NCBI GenBank assembly: GCA_028278425.1
Contig: JANQEJ010000327.1
Coordinates: forward strand, 16,382-80,381
Source: Planctomycetota bacterium
GTDB lineage: Bacteria; Planctomycetota; UBA1135; GCA-002686595
Direction of reading: 5' to 3'
DNA length: 64,000 nt
Positions within the stretch are counted from its first letter, which is position 1, and every line of letters starts with the position of its first letter. Shown in pieces: positions 50,998 to 60,207 of the stretch. A model generated the notes under the pieces. The model was not told the DNA's origin and searched no databases. It saw nothing but the letters and a program-made list of their open reading frames with translations. Both the position numbers and the translations under genes were made by a program.

Positions 50998-51751
50998 GCG
51001 TCCGGCGATCTTCCAGGACTTCAGCATCCGGCGGATCCGCGCGGACGCGAAGCACCAGACGCGGCGCGTGAACGGCCTCGCGGACATCAACGCCGAGCCG
51101 GACCGTTGGAGCTACATCGGCTGCTCTGACGACGGCGCGCACCGCTTCACGAACACCGATGGCGAGGCCGTGTCCAAGCGGTGCCGCTACGGAGTGCCGG
51201 GCGACCTGCTCTACATCAAGGAGACGTGGAGTCCCGACCATGCGGACGTCTACCCGTGCTACCCGGTGGTCTACCGAGTCGACGGCTATCCCACCGACGA
51301 GGATCGCCGAGAGCATGTCCGCGGGTGTCCCGCTTCCCCGACAGCCATTGCACTCGCGAAGGCCGAAGGCATTCCAACGGTAGGTCTGGCGCGCGCGGAC
51401 TGCTTGGCCTGTGCGGGGTTCCGGTGGCGTCCGTCGATCTTCATGCCGAAGCGGCATGCTCGGATCTGGCTCCGTGTGCTCGACGTACGCGTGGAGCGGC
51501 TGCAGGAACTGAGCGAACAGGACGCGCGAGCTGAGGGCGCCGAGTGCCGATCCGATCTCGCGTGGATGGACCAATGGACGCCGGCCGGGTGCGCCGACCC
51601 TTACGAAGCCGCGGTGGCCAGTGGTCATCGCGCTGACTTCCGGAGAATGTGGGACTCGTTGAATAGCCCGCGTGGCTTCGGGTGGGATCCCAACCCGTGG
51701 GTCTGGGCGATCACCTTCAGGCAGATCGACAGAAGGGCGCGACGGCGATGA
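50990..51751 (+). CDS. hypothetical protein, possibly ASCH/PUA-like
   Basis: FSIRRIRADAKHQTRRVNG ... GVPGDLLYIKETW resembles the ASCH-type pattern common in phages; weak. Confidence 0.4.
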   Translation: MAERPAIFQDFSIRRIRADAKHQTRRVNGLADINAEPDRWSYIGCSDDGAHRFTNTDGEAVSKRCRYGVPGDLLYIKETWSPDHADVYPCYPVVYRVDGYPTDEDRREHVRGCPASPTAIALAKAEGIPTVGLARADCLACAGFRWRPSIFMPKRHARIWLRVLDVRVERLQELSEQDARAEGAECRSDLAWMDQWTPAGCADPYEAAVASGHRADFRRMWDSLNSPRGFGWDPNPWVWAITFRQIDRRARRR

Positions 51752-52275
51752 ACGAGGAACGCAATCCGTACATGGACCGCGCGCTCGCGGACCGGCAACG
51801 GCAGATCGAGCGCGAGAGTGACTGGCGACTTCGGCGCAAGCCCGCGCATCTGCTCGATCGGAAGGACCGCGATGCCTTCTTCGCGCTGTTCGACGAGAGC
51901 GATCCGCTCTCCGACATCAACGTCCGTCGCTGCTGGTGGAACGGAGACCCTCCCTTTCACGAGTGCGGCGTGCTCACGATGTGGCACCCGATGCTGTTCG
52001 AGCAGATCCCGGGGCCTGCGCTGAACCTGCTCATCATGCCGTTGTTCCAAGGCTTCGATCTCGACGAGGCGTTTCTCTGGCAGTCAGAGGAGACGCGTTG
52101 GGTCTATCTCAGTCGCTGCGACCCCAACCACAACCTCGGCGACGAGGACGACGGCTACCCCTACAGCGGTGTTCTCGGCGAGAAGCCCAAGCCGGCCTAC
52201 GTCCCCACGCGCTACGTCCAGCACATCACTTGGGGCGACCGACGCCTCATCTTCAAGACGATCTCCGCGAGCTGA
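51748..52275 (+). CDS. hypothetical protein
   Basis: ATGA-coupled, 175 aa. Confidence 0.5.
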   Translation: MNEERNPYMDRALADRQRQIERESDWRLRRKPAHLLDRKDRDAFFALFDESDPLSDINVRRCWWNGDPPFHECGVLTMWHPMLFEQIPGPALNLLIMPLFQGFDLDEAFLWQSEETRWVYLSRCDPNHNLGDEDDGYPYSGVLGEKPKPAYVPTRYVQHITWGDRRLIFKTISAS

Positions 52276-52277
52276 GC

Positions 52278-53489
52278 ATGACGCCTACCACGATCGAATG
52301 GAGCGACTGGGTCTGGAACTTCCTGCGCGGCTGCCGTCGCGTCTCGCCCGGGTGCGTGAACTGCTATGCCGAGGGCGTCGCCAGGCGCTTCAGCGGACCC
52401 GGGCTGGCCTACGAGGGCCTGGTGCAGATCCGCGACGGCAAGCCGATCGCGCGGTGGAACGGCAAGCTGCGCATCCTTGAGGACAAGCTCGACGCGCCGC
52501 TGCGCAAGCGCAAGGGCCTGCGCATCTTCGTCAACTCCATGAGCGACCTCTTCTACGAGGAGGTCCCGTTCGAGGTGATCGCGGCCGCGTTCGGGATCAT
52601 GGCGGCGAGCCAGCGTCACATCTATCAGATCCTGACGAAGCGCCCCAAGCGCATGCTGGAGTTCTTCGCGTGGCTCGAGCGGCAGACCGACCGTGGGCCT
52701 CACCATGAGCCTCTGCACCCGATCGGTGTCTGCCTCCATTACGCGCAGCAGTACAGCGAGCACGAGGCGCTTCTCGACACCGCGCCGATCCTGCGGCGCG
52801 CGTGGCCGCTCACCAACGTGCACGTCGGCGTGAGCATCGAGGACCAGCAGCGCCTCGAGGAGCGGCTTCACCTGCTGATGCAGGTGCCGTCCTGGGTTCG
52901 CTGGGTTTCGTTCGAGCCGGCGCTCGGCTGGGTCGACTTCAAGGGCCTGCATGGCTCTCCGCCGACGTGGCCCGCGCTGCCGCCTTCCATCTTCTCCGCT
53001 AGTTGTCGACCGAACCAGGAGACGCTGAACGCGGTCGCTCACCACCGGCGCATGGCGAACCTGGCCAGGCTGCGACACGTCCAGTCGACTGTCGCGCAAC
53101 CCTCGCGCTGGTCTACTGGCACCGGCTACCTCGATTGGCTCGTCGTGGGGGGCGAGAGCGGTCCCAAGGCGCGTCCCTTCAACGTCCGCATGATCCCGCG
53201 GCTCATCGAGCAGTTCTCGGCCGCGGGGGTGCCGCTGTTCGTGAAGCAGCTCGGCTCGCGTCCGATCGAGCGCTACGGCTACCTCGAGACACCGTGCTCG
53301 GGCAACGGCTGCGGCGACGGTGACTGGTGCTCCGCGCACAGCGCGCGGCCGCTGAAGCTGAAGCACAAGAAGGGGGCCGACCCGGCCGAGTGGCCCGAGG
53401 GTATGCACGTCCAGCAGCGTGCGCCCGAGATCACCCGTGAACAGGAGGCGGAGCTTGTTGCGGCGCAGGAGGCGGCGCGCGCCGCCTGA
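52278..53489 (+). CDS. phage Gp37/Gp68 family protein (DUF5131)
   Basis: TTIEWSDWVWNFLRGCRRVSPGCVNCYAE, IFVNSMSDLF, WVSFEPALG, WLVVGGESGPKARP, LFVKQLGS. Confidence 0.75.
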   Translation: MTPTTIEWSDWVWNFLRGCRRVSPGCVNCYAEGVARRFSGPGLAYEGLVQIRDGKPIARWNGKLRILEDKLDAPLRKRKGLRIFVNSMSDLFYEEVPFEVIAAAFGIMAASQRHIYQILTKRPKRMLEFFAWLERQTDRGPHHEPLHPIGVCLHYAQQYSEHEALLDTAPILRRAWPLTNVHVGVSIEDQQRLEERLHLLMQVPSWVRWVSFEPALGWVDFKGLHGSPPTWPALPPSIFSASCRPNQETLNAVAHHRRMANLARLRHVQSTVAQPSRWSTGTGYLDWLVVGGESGPKARPFNVRMIPRLIEQFSAAGVPLFVKQLGSRPIERYGYLETPCSGNGCGDGDWCSAHSARPLKLKHKKGADPAEWPEGMHVQQRAPEITREQEAELVAAQEAARAA

Positions 53490-53503
53490 GGAGGAGAGAC
53501 GAG

Positions 53504-53746
53504 ATGGCAGGCAAGACGGTGCGGCTCGCAGACGAGACGCGGAAGCTCATGGACGAGGTGATCGACCTGTTGCACCAGCGCGGGCTCGATCGGCTCCCGC
53601 TGAGCGTGCGGGAGGGCGCGCACGAGCTGGGCGACGGTCGCGTGCGGATCACGCAGCCGATGGTGACCCACCTCGGCTTGCTGGCGCTCCAGCGGCACCT
53701 GTCGCTCTCGGAGCCGGAGGTTACGCCGGCGTCCGAGTCGCGGTAG
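53504..53746 (+). CDS. hypothetical protein
   Basis: 80-aa ORF. Confidence 0.45.
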   Translation: MAGKTVRLADETRKLMDEVIDLLHQRGLDRLPLSVREGAHELGDGRVRITQPMVTHLGLLALQRHLSLSEPEVTPASESR

Positions 53747-53756
53747 GCTACGCAAC

Positions 53757-54182
53757 ATGGCCCGCGAAATCCCGAACGGTCCGGCGCCCGCCCGGCTCGG
53801 CGACAACCCCATCATCGAGCTCGCTGACGGAACGAAGGTGGGCGCGAAGCACTTCGAGCTCGCGGTGTATCGCCTCACGGCCGCCAGCCGCGCGCGGCCG
53901 TTCCAGTTCAGACAGCCACCCAAGAAGCAGGGGGGCGAGCCCACGGTGATCACGGCCGACTGGAAGGCGGTGCTGTCGGAGCTGAGGCGCCTTGCCCACG
54001 ACCCAAAGGCGAGCTGCGCCCAAACGCTCGTCGACTACATGAGCGCGCAGGCGCTGGTGATCGCCGGCAACGGGAAGCTGACGTGCGGCATCCGCGAGGT
54101 CGTTCTCGCCTCGGACAAGATCGCGCGCCGCAACCAGGGTGATCTCCTGCTCGATCGCAAGCGACTGATAGCTCGCTCGTGA
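53757..54182 (+). CDS. hypothetical protein
   Basis: 141-aa ORF. Confidence 0.5.
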   Translation: MAREIPNGPAPARLGDNPIIELADGTKVGAKHFELAVYRLTAASRARPFQFRQPPKKQGGEPTVITADWKAVLSELRRLAHDPKASCAQTLVDYMSAQALVIAGNGKLTCGIREVVLASDKIARRNQGDLLLDRKRLIARS

Positions 54183-54436
54183 CCAAGGCTCAGCGCCAGA
54201 TGCTTGAGCTGCTCGGGCGCAAGGAGTCTCCCTTCCCTCCCGGCCTGTTGGGCGCAGAGCTATGGGGTGCGCCCAACAGTAGGAAGCCGCAGCACTACGC
54301 ACGACCGGCGTGCAACGTGCTGCGTGCTCTCGAACGACGTGGCCTCGCCATGCGGGAGCAACTGTTCGGTTTCTCACCGGGGCACATGGGCTGGGTGATC
54401 ACTCGCGCCGGCCGACGCGAGCTCAGATCCGGTTGA
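54179..54436 (+). CDS. small winged-helix (MarR-like) protein
   Basis: KAQRQMLELL...ACNVLRALERRGLAMRE; GTGA-coupled. Confidence 0.45.
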   Translation: MTKAQRQMLELLGRKESPFPPGLLGAELWGAPNSRKPQHYARPACNVLRALERRGLAMREQLFGFSPGHMGWVITRAGRRELRSG

Positions 54437-55064
54437 TGTGCTTGGGCTTGCGGTCCAGGTGCACGAGGACGGGCCCGTCCGGGTCCGGCGGTAGGAGCTG
54501 AATCCCCGCTGCCTCGGCGTTTTCGCAGATCTGAGCGTCTGCCCCCGTCCGATAGGGCCGGCCGCGGTAGCTCACCGCCGCGCGCGCCTCTCGGGACCAG
54601 AGCTGGCAGCCGCCTGTGATGAACGTCCGCGGCCCGTGCGCCGTATAGTCCTGCAGGAAGGCGCCGGCGTTGGTGCGGCGCGCCCAGTCGAACCAGCGCC
54701 GGCCGCGCAGGTCGATCATGCGGACTGCCTGGATCGTGCCCGGGTTGGCGGGGAGCGACTCGACCCATCCGCCGAGGCCGAGCGGCATGATGTCGTCGTC
54801 CGTGCGCAGCACGAAGTCGCAGCTCTCGTTGAGCGCGTCGAAGGCGGCCGCGATCTGGTCGCCCTGGTGCTTGGGCCCGTCGGGCATGTGGATCACCCGC
54901 AGCCCGTAGTAGATGCCCGAGCCGGCGCCTTCACCCAACGCCTTGACGACACCGTCACCGCCGGCGACGGCGACGAGCGCACCGCGTTTGAGCCAGTCGA
55001 GCACGAGGTGTTGGAGCAGCGGCGCGCACCGGCCGTTGCTCGCGATCGCGACCCCGACGGTCAT
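54423..55064 (-). CDS. glycosyltransferase-like protein
   Basis: DxD-like VLRTDDDIM; last gene of a coupled glycan-modification operon; weak on its own. Confidence 0.4.
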   Translation of the reverse strand: MTVGVAIASNGRCAPLLQHLVLDWLKRGALVAVAGGDGVVKALGEGAGSGIYYGLRVIHMPDGPKHQGDQIAAAFDALNESCDFVLRTDDDIMPLGLGGWVESLPANPGTIQAVRMIDLRGRRWFDWARRTNAGAFLQDYTAHGPRTFITGGCQLWSREARAAVSYRGRPYRTGADAQICENAEAAGIQLLPPDPDGPVLVHLDRKPKHINRI

Positions 55065-55723
55065 CAGGCCTGGACGAGCGTCTCGACGAGGTCGCGGCGG
55101 AAGATGACAAGCGCCTCTTGGTGCTTGGGGCGCTTGGGATTCGGCATCAGGGTGATGTCCACCTCGACACCCATCGCGGCCGCCTCGTACTCGAGCAGCG
55201 GCAGCGATACGACCACATCGTAGTGGCCGGCCTTCTTCCATCCTCCGCCATGGCGAGGCGCGATCGAGGTGTAGCCGATGCCCATCGCGACCATGGGTGC
55301 GCAGCGAAGGGCGGCGAGCACCATCGGGGCCCAGTGCGACTGGTGTTGAAGCACGCCGCGGGCGAAGACGAGGTCCGCGCCGAAGTTGCGCGCGACGACG
55401 AGCTGATCCTCGAGGAGAAAGTCGCCGCAGATGACGCCACGCGAGGGGCCGTCGTGCCCTCCGGGCTGGTGGATGATCTCGCCGGCCCGCTCCAGCGCTC
55501 GCTCGCTGATGTCGAAACCGAGGTAAGCACCCTCGAAGCCGCGCTTGAGCATCTCGCCCACGATGTGGCCGGCGCCGCACCCGATCTCGATCACGCGGTC
55601 GCGGCTGCTCGCGAGCTCGAGCAGCGCCTCGGTCATCGCGGAGCCGCGGTGCTTCTCCCACATCCAGTCCCAGAAGTCGGCCTTCTGGTCTCGCCATGTC
55701 TGCCCGAACTGATTCTCGCTCAC
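55064..55723 (-). CDS. class I SAM-dependent methyltransferase
   Basis: Motif I VIEIGCGAGHIV, DLVFARGVLQH; GTG 55723 preceded by gggagg. Confidence 0.7.
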   Translation of the reverse strand: MSENQFGQTWRDQKADFWDWMWEKHRGSAMTEALLELASSRDRVIEIGCGAGHIVGEMLKRGFEGAYLGFDISERALERAGEIIHQPGGHDGPSRGVICGDFLLEDQLVVARNFGADLVFARGVLQHQSHWAPMVLAALRCAPMVAMGIGYTSIAPRHGGGWKKAGHYDVVVSLPLLEYEAAAMGVEVDITLMPNPKRPKHQEALVIFRRDLVETLVQA

Positions 55724-56460
55724 GGATCCCACCTCCCGACGAAGTCTCTTGGGACCTGCGCATCGTAGACGGCCTGGGCCCGCATGGACATGCCCGTACG
55801 CCATTTTGCGAGCCGCTTCTCGACGTCGCCGGCCGCTGCCGTGCTCGCGTTCCATCCGACAGGCCCGATGGTCTCGACTGGGCGGCGCAGCGGGAGCTCA
55901 AAGTGCTCGCCGATCCGAGCGATCCAGCGCGCCGGGGCGCGCACGACGTCCTCGTAGCGAATCGCCAAGACAGGGACACGGAGCCACGTGCTCACGTGCC
56001 GCATCCAGTGGGCAAAGATCGTCTCCTTGGGCGTCGCCCGGTAGCCCGGGCTGCCCTGCCAGTCGATCGGGCGCGAGATGTACTGCTCGAGCGTGAGCTC
56101 CTCGAGCGCAGAGGGACGGAAGCGCGACCATGCGTGCATCGAGAGCGCGACGTCGCGGCCGTCGCGGTAGATGTAGAGCGCGGGCGAGTCGAAGCGGGGC
56201 GGCAGACGGTGATGGCCGAGCAGCTTGCCGTAGGGAACCAGCGTCGTGCCGACGTCACCCTCGGTCGTGTCGTCGCCGTAGGTGAAGCTCGCGTCGGGCG
56301 CGCGGCGGCGGCTCTGACGGCGGCTCCAGTGGCCTGTGCCGTGAGGGTCCACCTCGAGCGCCATGTCCGCGTCGTCGTCGTAGAAGTGGCGATGCAGCAT
56401 CGCCGCCAGGTAGTGGTTGCCCGAGCGCGGGTGCCCGTAGACCCGAAGGTGTTCGCTCAC
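55720..56460 (-). CDS. sulfotransferase-domain protein
   Basis: VYGHPRSGNHYLAAML (PSB loop) and LYIYRDGRDVALSMH (3'-PB motif), AIRYEDV; GTGA-coupled. Confidence 0.6.
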   Translation of the reverse strand: MSEHLRVYGHPRSGNHYLAAMLHRHFYDDDADMALEVDPHGTGHWSRRQSRRRAPDASFTYGDDTTEGDVGTTLVPYGKLLGHHRLPPRFDSPALYIYRDGRDVALSMHAWSRFRPSALEELTLEQYISRPIDWQGSPGYRATPKETIFAHWMRHVSTWLRVPVLAIRYEDVVRAPARWIARIGEHFELPLRRPVETIGPVGWNASTAAAGDVEKRLAKWRTGMSMRAQAVYDAQVPRDFVGRWDP

Positions 56461-58025
56461 GCGGCCTCGATCGTGTGCAGAGACCACGGCCAGTGCTGCT
56501 CGAGCAGATCGCGGTGCACGCCTGCCTTGCGCTTCATGCGCGCGTAGAGCGTCGCCCCCGCGGGAAGCTGCTGCTGTTCGATCTCTCGGCCGCTGTGCGC
56601 GATGGCGCGCAGCGGGATCCGCTGCTCCTGCGCGAGCGCCCCAAACCACACGTCGGCCATGCCGCGGCCGGTCACGAGCTGCTCCTTCTTCGTCGGGAGC
56701 TCCAGTAGGTCACGCGCGAAGGCGAGGACCCCGGTGCCGAGCACGTGCACCCAGGTCGACTCGCGGACGGGATGGCGGCAGTGATGCACCTTCCGGCGCT
56801 TGTAGTAGTTGGTGGGGGCGCCGTCGAGGAGCTCGACGCCGTGGTAGCCGACGGCGGCCCGCTTCTTGTGGATCTCCACGAAGTGGAGAAGCCGGTCCAC
56901 GTAGTCCGGTGCGTAGACGAGATCGTCGTCGACGGTGAGGAGGTAGCCGGCGTTGCGGAGCTCGTTGGAGGGGTAGAACTTGCCCATGTCGCTGAGGTCC
57001 CCGAACCCGCTCGCGTCGCTGCGGTAGGTCGTGATCTTCGGATGCGACAGGAAGCCGGGTGTCGTCTCGGAGCCGTAGTTCAGGTAGATGACGAGCTGGT
57101 CGACCTGTTTGACGAGCGACGCGACGGTCTTGCGGAGCTGCTTCTGCCGATCCGGAATCGTCGCCATGCTGGCAATCACGGGACCGGCCCCGAGCGCGAG
57201 GGTGCGCGCGCGCTGCGGGCCGTCGACGAAGTCGTGCGTCGGGATCGAGATGTGGACGCGACGGTTCTGGTTCATGGCCGACGGGGCCGCGACGTGCACC
57301 GTGAGCGACTTCTTGGTCTGGTAGATGTGCCAGCCCTCGTTCACGAGGCGCTGCGACACGACCTGCCACACGCCGCTCGAGAGCTGTGCGATCCCCTCGC
57401 CCTTCCATCGGTCGCTTGAGATCTGGGGGACCTCGGGCAGCGCGTGGAACAGCCGCCCGGTCGCGAACCAGATCCCGTCGGTCCAGCCCGAACAGATTCC
57501 GCCGGCGCGCGCGTGCGGGACGATCTTGGTCCAGCAGGCCTTGCCGACGCGGTTGCGGTCGAGGTGGAGGTTGAGGAGGACCTTGCGAGGGTCGCGGATC
57601 GCGTCCCATGTCTCCCGGGCGCGCACGAAGAACCCCTTGCAGAGCCGCATGTCGTCCGCGAGAAAGACGATCTCGGTGGCACCCCGCTCTTTGGCCTCGC
57701 GCAGGAGGCGGTTGACGGTGTCCCGATAGCCGCGCTTGCCTCGGTTCTTCCGGGCGCGCAAGTACTGGCCCCCGAGCTCGCCGACGAGCTGCCGGACGGC
57801 CGAGTAGTCGCTGGGAGAAGCGTCGTCGAGCACGACCAGGTCGTCGAAGTGCTTGCGCTGCGCAGCCAGGTCGGAGAGCAGGCGCGCGCACAGGTCGGGT
57901 CGGTCGTAGGTCGGCAGGAGCACGACGCAGTAGCGTTCTGCGCCCCGGTGCCGGGTGGGCCCCATGTCGCCGGCGGCGATCCGCCGGACGCGGAGGTGGC
58001 GGCGCCGCTTGTTGGCCTTCGACAC
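56457..58025 (-). CDS. two-domain glycosyltransferase (N-terminal GT2-like)
   Basis: YCVVLLPTYDRPDLCARLLSDLAAQ...VVLDDASPSDY; second half VIASMATIPDRQKQLRKTVASLVKQ. Confidence 0.65.
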   Translation of the reverse strand: MSKANKRRRHLRVRRIAAGDMGPTRHRGAERYCVVLLPTYDRPDLCARLLSDLAAQRKHFDDLVVLDDASPSDYSAVRQLVGELGGQYLRARKNRGKRGYRDTVNRLLREAKERGATEIVFLADDMRLCKGFFVRARETWDAIRDPRKVLLNLHLDRNRVGKACWTKIVPHARAGGICSGWTDGIWFATGRLFHALPEVPQISSDRWKGEGIAQLSSGVWQVVSQRLVNEGWHIYQTKKSLTVHVAAPSAMNQNRRVHISIPTHDFVDGPQRARTLALGAGPVIASMATIPDRQKQLRKTVASLVKQVDQLVIYLNYGSETTPGFLSHPKITTYRSDASGFGDLSDMGKFYPSNELRNAGYLLTVDDDLVYAPDYVDRLLHFVEIHKKRAAVGYHGVELLDGAPTNYYKRRKVHHCRHPVRESTWVHVLGTGVLAFARDLLELPTKKEQLVTGRGMADVWFGALAQEQRIPLRAIAHSGREIEQQQLPAGATLYARMKRKAGVHRDLLEQHWPWSLHTIEAA

Positions 58026-58037
58026 GCCGGTGAGAGC

Positions 58038-58433
58038 TCAGCGGCGCGCGCCGCGGAAGAACTGCGCGGCCGCAGGGCCGAGGACGGCACCCAGCGAGAG
58101 GCCCACGCTGAACCCGATCGCCGCGGTGATGAATTGCATCTTGATGTACTCGCGCATGTCGTGAGACGGCACGAGCACGTAGCCCCGTCGGCGGGTGAAC
58201 GCCTCCAGGAGGTTGCGCGCGTGGTCCTCCTGTTCGGGCGTCATGAGGATCGGCGGCTCGCTGGGGACCTGCCCGAGCAACGGCTCCTGGATGTAGGAGC
58301 CCATGGCGAAGTCCGGGTGCTCGGGCACGCGGTTGGGTGCGAAGCTCCAGACGGTGGTGGGGACCGAGCGCTGACGCCGGATGCGCCGCTGGAGCCGGGC
58401 CGCCTTCATGCGACCGACGGGGACGAAGCTCAT
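58038..58433 (-). CDS. hypothetical protein with C-terminal transmembrane helix
   Basis: 131 aa; FITAAIGFSVGLSLGAVLG. Confidence 0.45.
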   Translation of the reverse strand: MSFVPVGRMKAARLQRRIRRQRSVPTTVWSFAPNRVPEHPDFAMGSYIQEPLLGQVPSEPPILMTPEQEDHARNLLEAFTRRRGYVLVPSHDMREYIKMQFITAAIGFSVGLSLGAVLGPAAAQFFRGARR

Positions 58434-58434
58434 C

Positions 58435-58752
58435 TCAGCGGCCCCGTCGATGGGGCGCGTAGCCCATGGCCCGCGGCTGCCGGCTGGCGCCCCAGGTGCG
58501 ATGCGCGAACCACCCGAGCGCCGCTCCGACGCCCAGGCCGAGGAGCGGTCGCTCGCTCAGCGCGCCGATGAGGCCGGCGCCGGCGCCAACGAGGATCATC
58601 GTGAGCTGCGGCCGGCCGCGCAGGGGCACTGTCTGCCGCGCTGTCACCGACGTGTCCTCGAGGATTTGACCGCCTTCGTCGATGAGCGTCTGCGTCTCGT
58701 CGATGAGGTCGGCCTGCCCGTAGGCGTACGCGTTGTACCAGGGCGCCGTCAT
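58435..58752 (-). CDS. small glycine-zipper membrane protein
   Basis: MTAPWYNAY...; ILVGAGAGLIGAL...LGLGVGAALGWF. Confidence 0.45.
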   Translation of the reverse strand: MTAPWYNAYAYGQADLIDETQTLIDEGGQILEDTSVTARQTVPLRGRPQLTMILVGAGAGLIGALSERPLLGLGVGAALGWFAHRTWGASRQPRAMGYAPHRRGR

Positions 58753-59261
58753 CGTCGTCTCTCCTTCATGGGCTGCCCGAACCCCTGTGCGAGGGCGATT
58801 GCGGGGGTGATCAGCGGGAAGGCGCCGCCGACAAGCGCCCATCCCAGCGCCCAGAGGACCTTCCCTCGGTGACGCCGGTATCCGTGGTAGGCCATCGCCG
58901 CGGCCGCGAGCGGCCTCAGGATGGTGTACACGCGCGAGGCGGTCGCGTAGACCGGCCCGAGTCGCTGCGCTCTCTCGGAGACGTCCAGTCGCGCGATCGG
59001 GGCTGGGGACGGGTCCTGGCCCAGAATGCCGCGGTACGGATCGCGGCCGTAGCGGAAGATCGAGGGCTGCCCCGTCTCCCACGAGCCGTGTTCGATGTAG
59101 GGCGCCAGAGGCAGCCCCTGCCGCTGCAGCGCGCCATAGTCGGGGAAGCGCGTCTGCCCCTCCGGGAGGTACATCGGGGAGAGCAGACCGGGGACGACCT
59201 TGGGCGCCCCACCGAGCACGGCGAACATGGTCCGATGATACCCGAGGCGACGGTGCCTCAC
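58749..59261 (-). CDS. hypothetical protein with C-terminal membrane segment
   Basis: 170 aa; VLWALGWALVGGAFPLITPAIALA. Confidence 0.5.
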   Translation of the reverse strand: MRHRRLGYHRTMFAVLGGAPKVVPGLLSPMYLPEGQTRFPDYGALQRQGLPLAPYIEHGSWETGQPSIFRYGRDPYRGILGQDPSPAPIARLDVSERAQRLGPVYATASRVYTILRPLAAAAMAYHGYRRHRGKVLWALGWALVGGAFPLITPAIALAQGFGQPMKERRR

Positions 59262-59304
59262 CAGTCGGCTTCCAGCGGCCCCTCACGCATGGTACCTCTA
59301 CAGC

Positions 59305-60087
59305 GTGGGCGTGATGGATGAAGGGCTGCTCGACGACGATGGAGACGTCGACGTCGACTACGCCGAGCTGCCCCCCTCGCTCGAGATCGAAGAGGTGATC
59401 GTCCTCTACCGGCACCTGCTCGCGCACCTGGGCCTGCGCACGCTCGAGCAGTGCCTCGGAGAAGGAGCGCACGGGGCGGTCTTCGAGGTCGCGCGGCCGG
59501 CCGGCCCGATCGCGCTCAAGCTGACCACCGACGCGGACGAGGCCATCGCGAGCGCCCACCTCGTGAAGAACCCATGCGACCATGTGGTCCGCATCCGCCG
59601 CGTGGCCGGGCTCCCCGACACGGTGACGCAGCCCGACTTCGCTCAGTGGTTCGTGGTGGAGCGGGAGCTGCTCGAGCTCCCCTCGGAGCGGGACAAGAAG
59701 ATCCTCAACGCGATCTGGAACGTCTACGAGGACCACGACTTTCTCACCGTCCCGACGAGCCGGCGCATGCTCGACCGGTGGCGGGACGTGCTCCGCGGCT
59801 TCGTCTCGCCCACGGACCTCAAACGCGCCGTCTGGATTCTTCGCGACGCCGGCCGCGGCGCGCGCGAGCTCGGCGCGCTCGGTCTCGAGTGGAGCGATTT
59901 GCACGACGAGAACCTGATGCGGCGCCCGGGCGCGCGGACCCACTACGTGATCGCCGATCCGGGTCCCGGCGTCATGACCGGATGGCGTGAGGATCGCCCG
60001 ATCCGCATCCCCGCGTTCCGGGCCGGACAGGTGCCGCGTCTGCGCAGCGAGGCGCCAGCTTCAGTGGCTCAGCAGGTCACCGGGTGA
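59305..60087 (+). CDS. protein kinase-like fold protein
   Basis: Gly-rich loop LGEGAHGAVFEV, lysine PIALK, catalytic-loop-like DLHDENLM, DFG-like VIADPG; start GTG 59305 or ATG 59314. Confidence 0.6.
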   Translation: MGVMDEGLLDDDGDVDVDYAELPPSLEIEEVIVLYRHLLAHLGLRTLEQCLGEGAHGAVFEVARPAGPIALKLTTDADEAIASAHLVKNPCDHVVRIRRVAGLPDTVTQPDFAQWFVVERELLELPSERDKKILNAIWNVYEDHDFLTVPTSRRMLDRWRDVLRGFVSPTDLKRAVWILRDAGRGARELGALGLEWSDLHDENLMRRPGARTHYVIADPGPGVMTGWREDRPIRIPAFRAGQVPRLRSEAPASVAQQVTG

Positions 60088-60095
60088 ATTTGAAC

Positions 60096-60129
60096 GGCCC
60101 CCGCCACCAGCGCGCTGGTGACGGGGGCC
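60096..60129 (+). terminator. 15-bp GC hairpin (one mismatch) after the kinase-like gene, followed by ttgcttc
   Basis: ggcccccgccaccag-cgcg-ctggtgacgggggcc, 9 nt after the stop. Confidence 0.5.
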
Positions 60130-60162
60130 TTGCTTCAAAAAAAGGCAGCCTGTGGACAGCGC

Positions 60163-60206
60163 GGCCCCAGAGAGTCGTACGCCCCTCTGGGGCCTCCTTT
60201 TTGTCC
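60163..60206 (+). terminator. second hairpin followed by a T-rich tract, adjacent to the tRNA 3' end
   Basis: ggccccagag-N12-ctctggggcc then tcctttttgtcc; could terminate + strand read-through or act for the convergent tRNA. Confidence 0.4.
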
Positions 60207-60207
60207 T

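Noticed and set aside
58435-59943. 502-aa - strand ORF
   Set aside because: Only its last 105 codons (58435-58752, from MTAPWYNAY) look like a real gene. The remainder overlaps the 58749-59261 gene in another frame and is antisense to the kinase-like gene.
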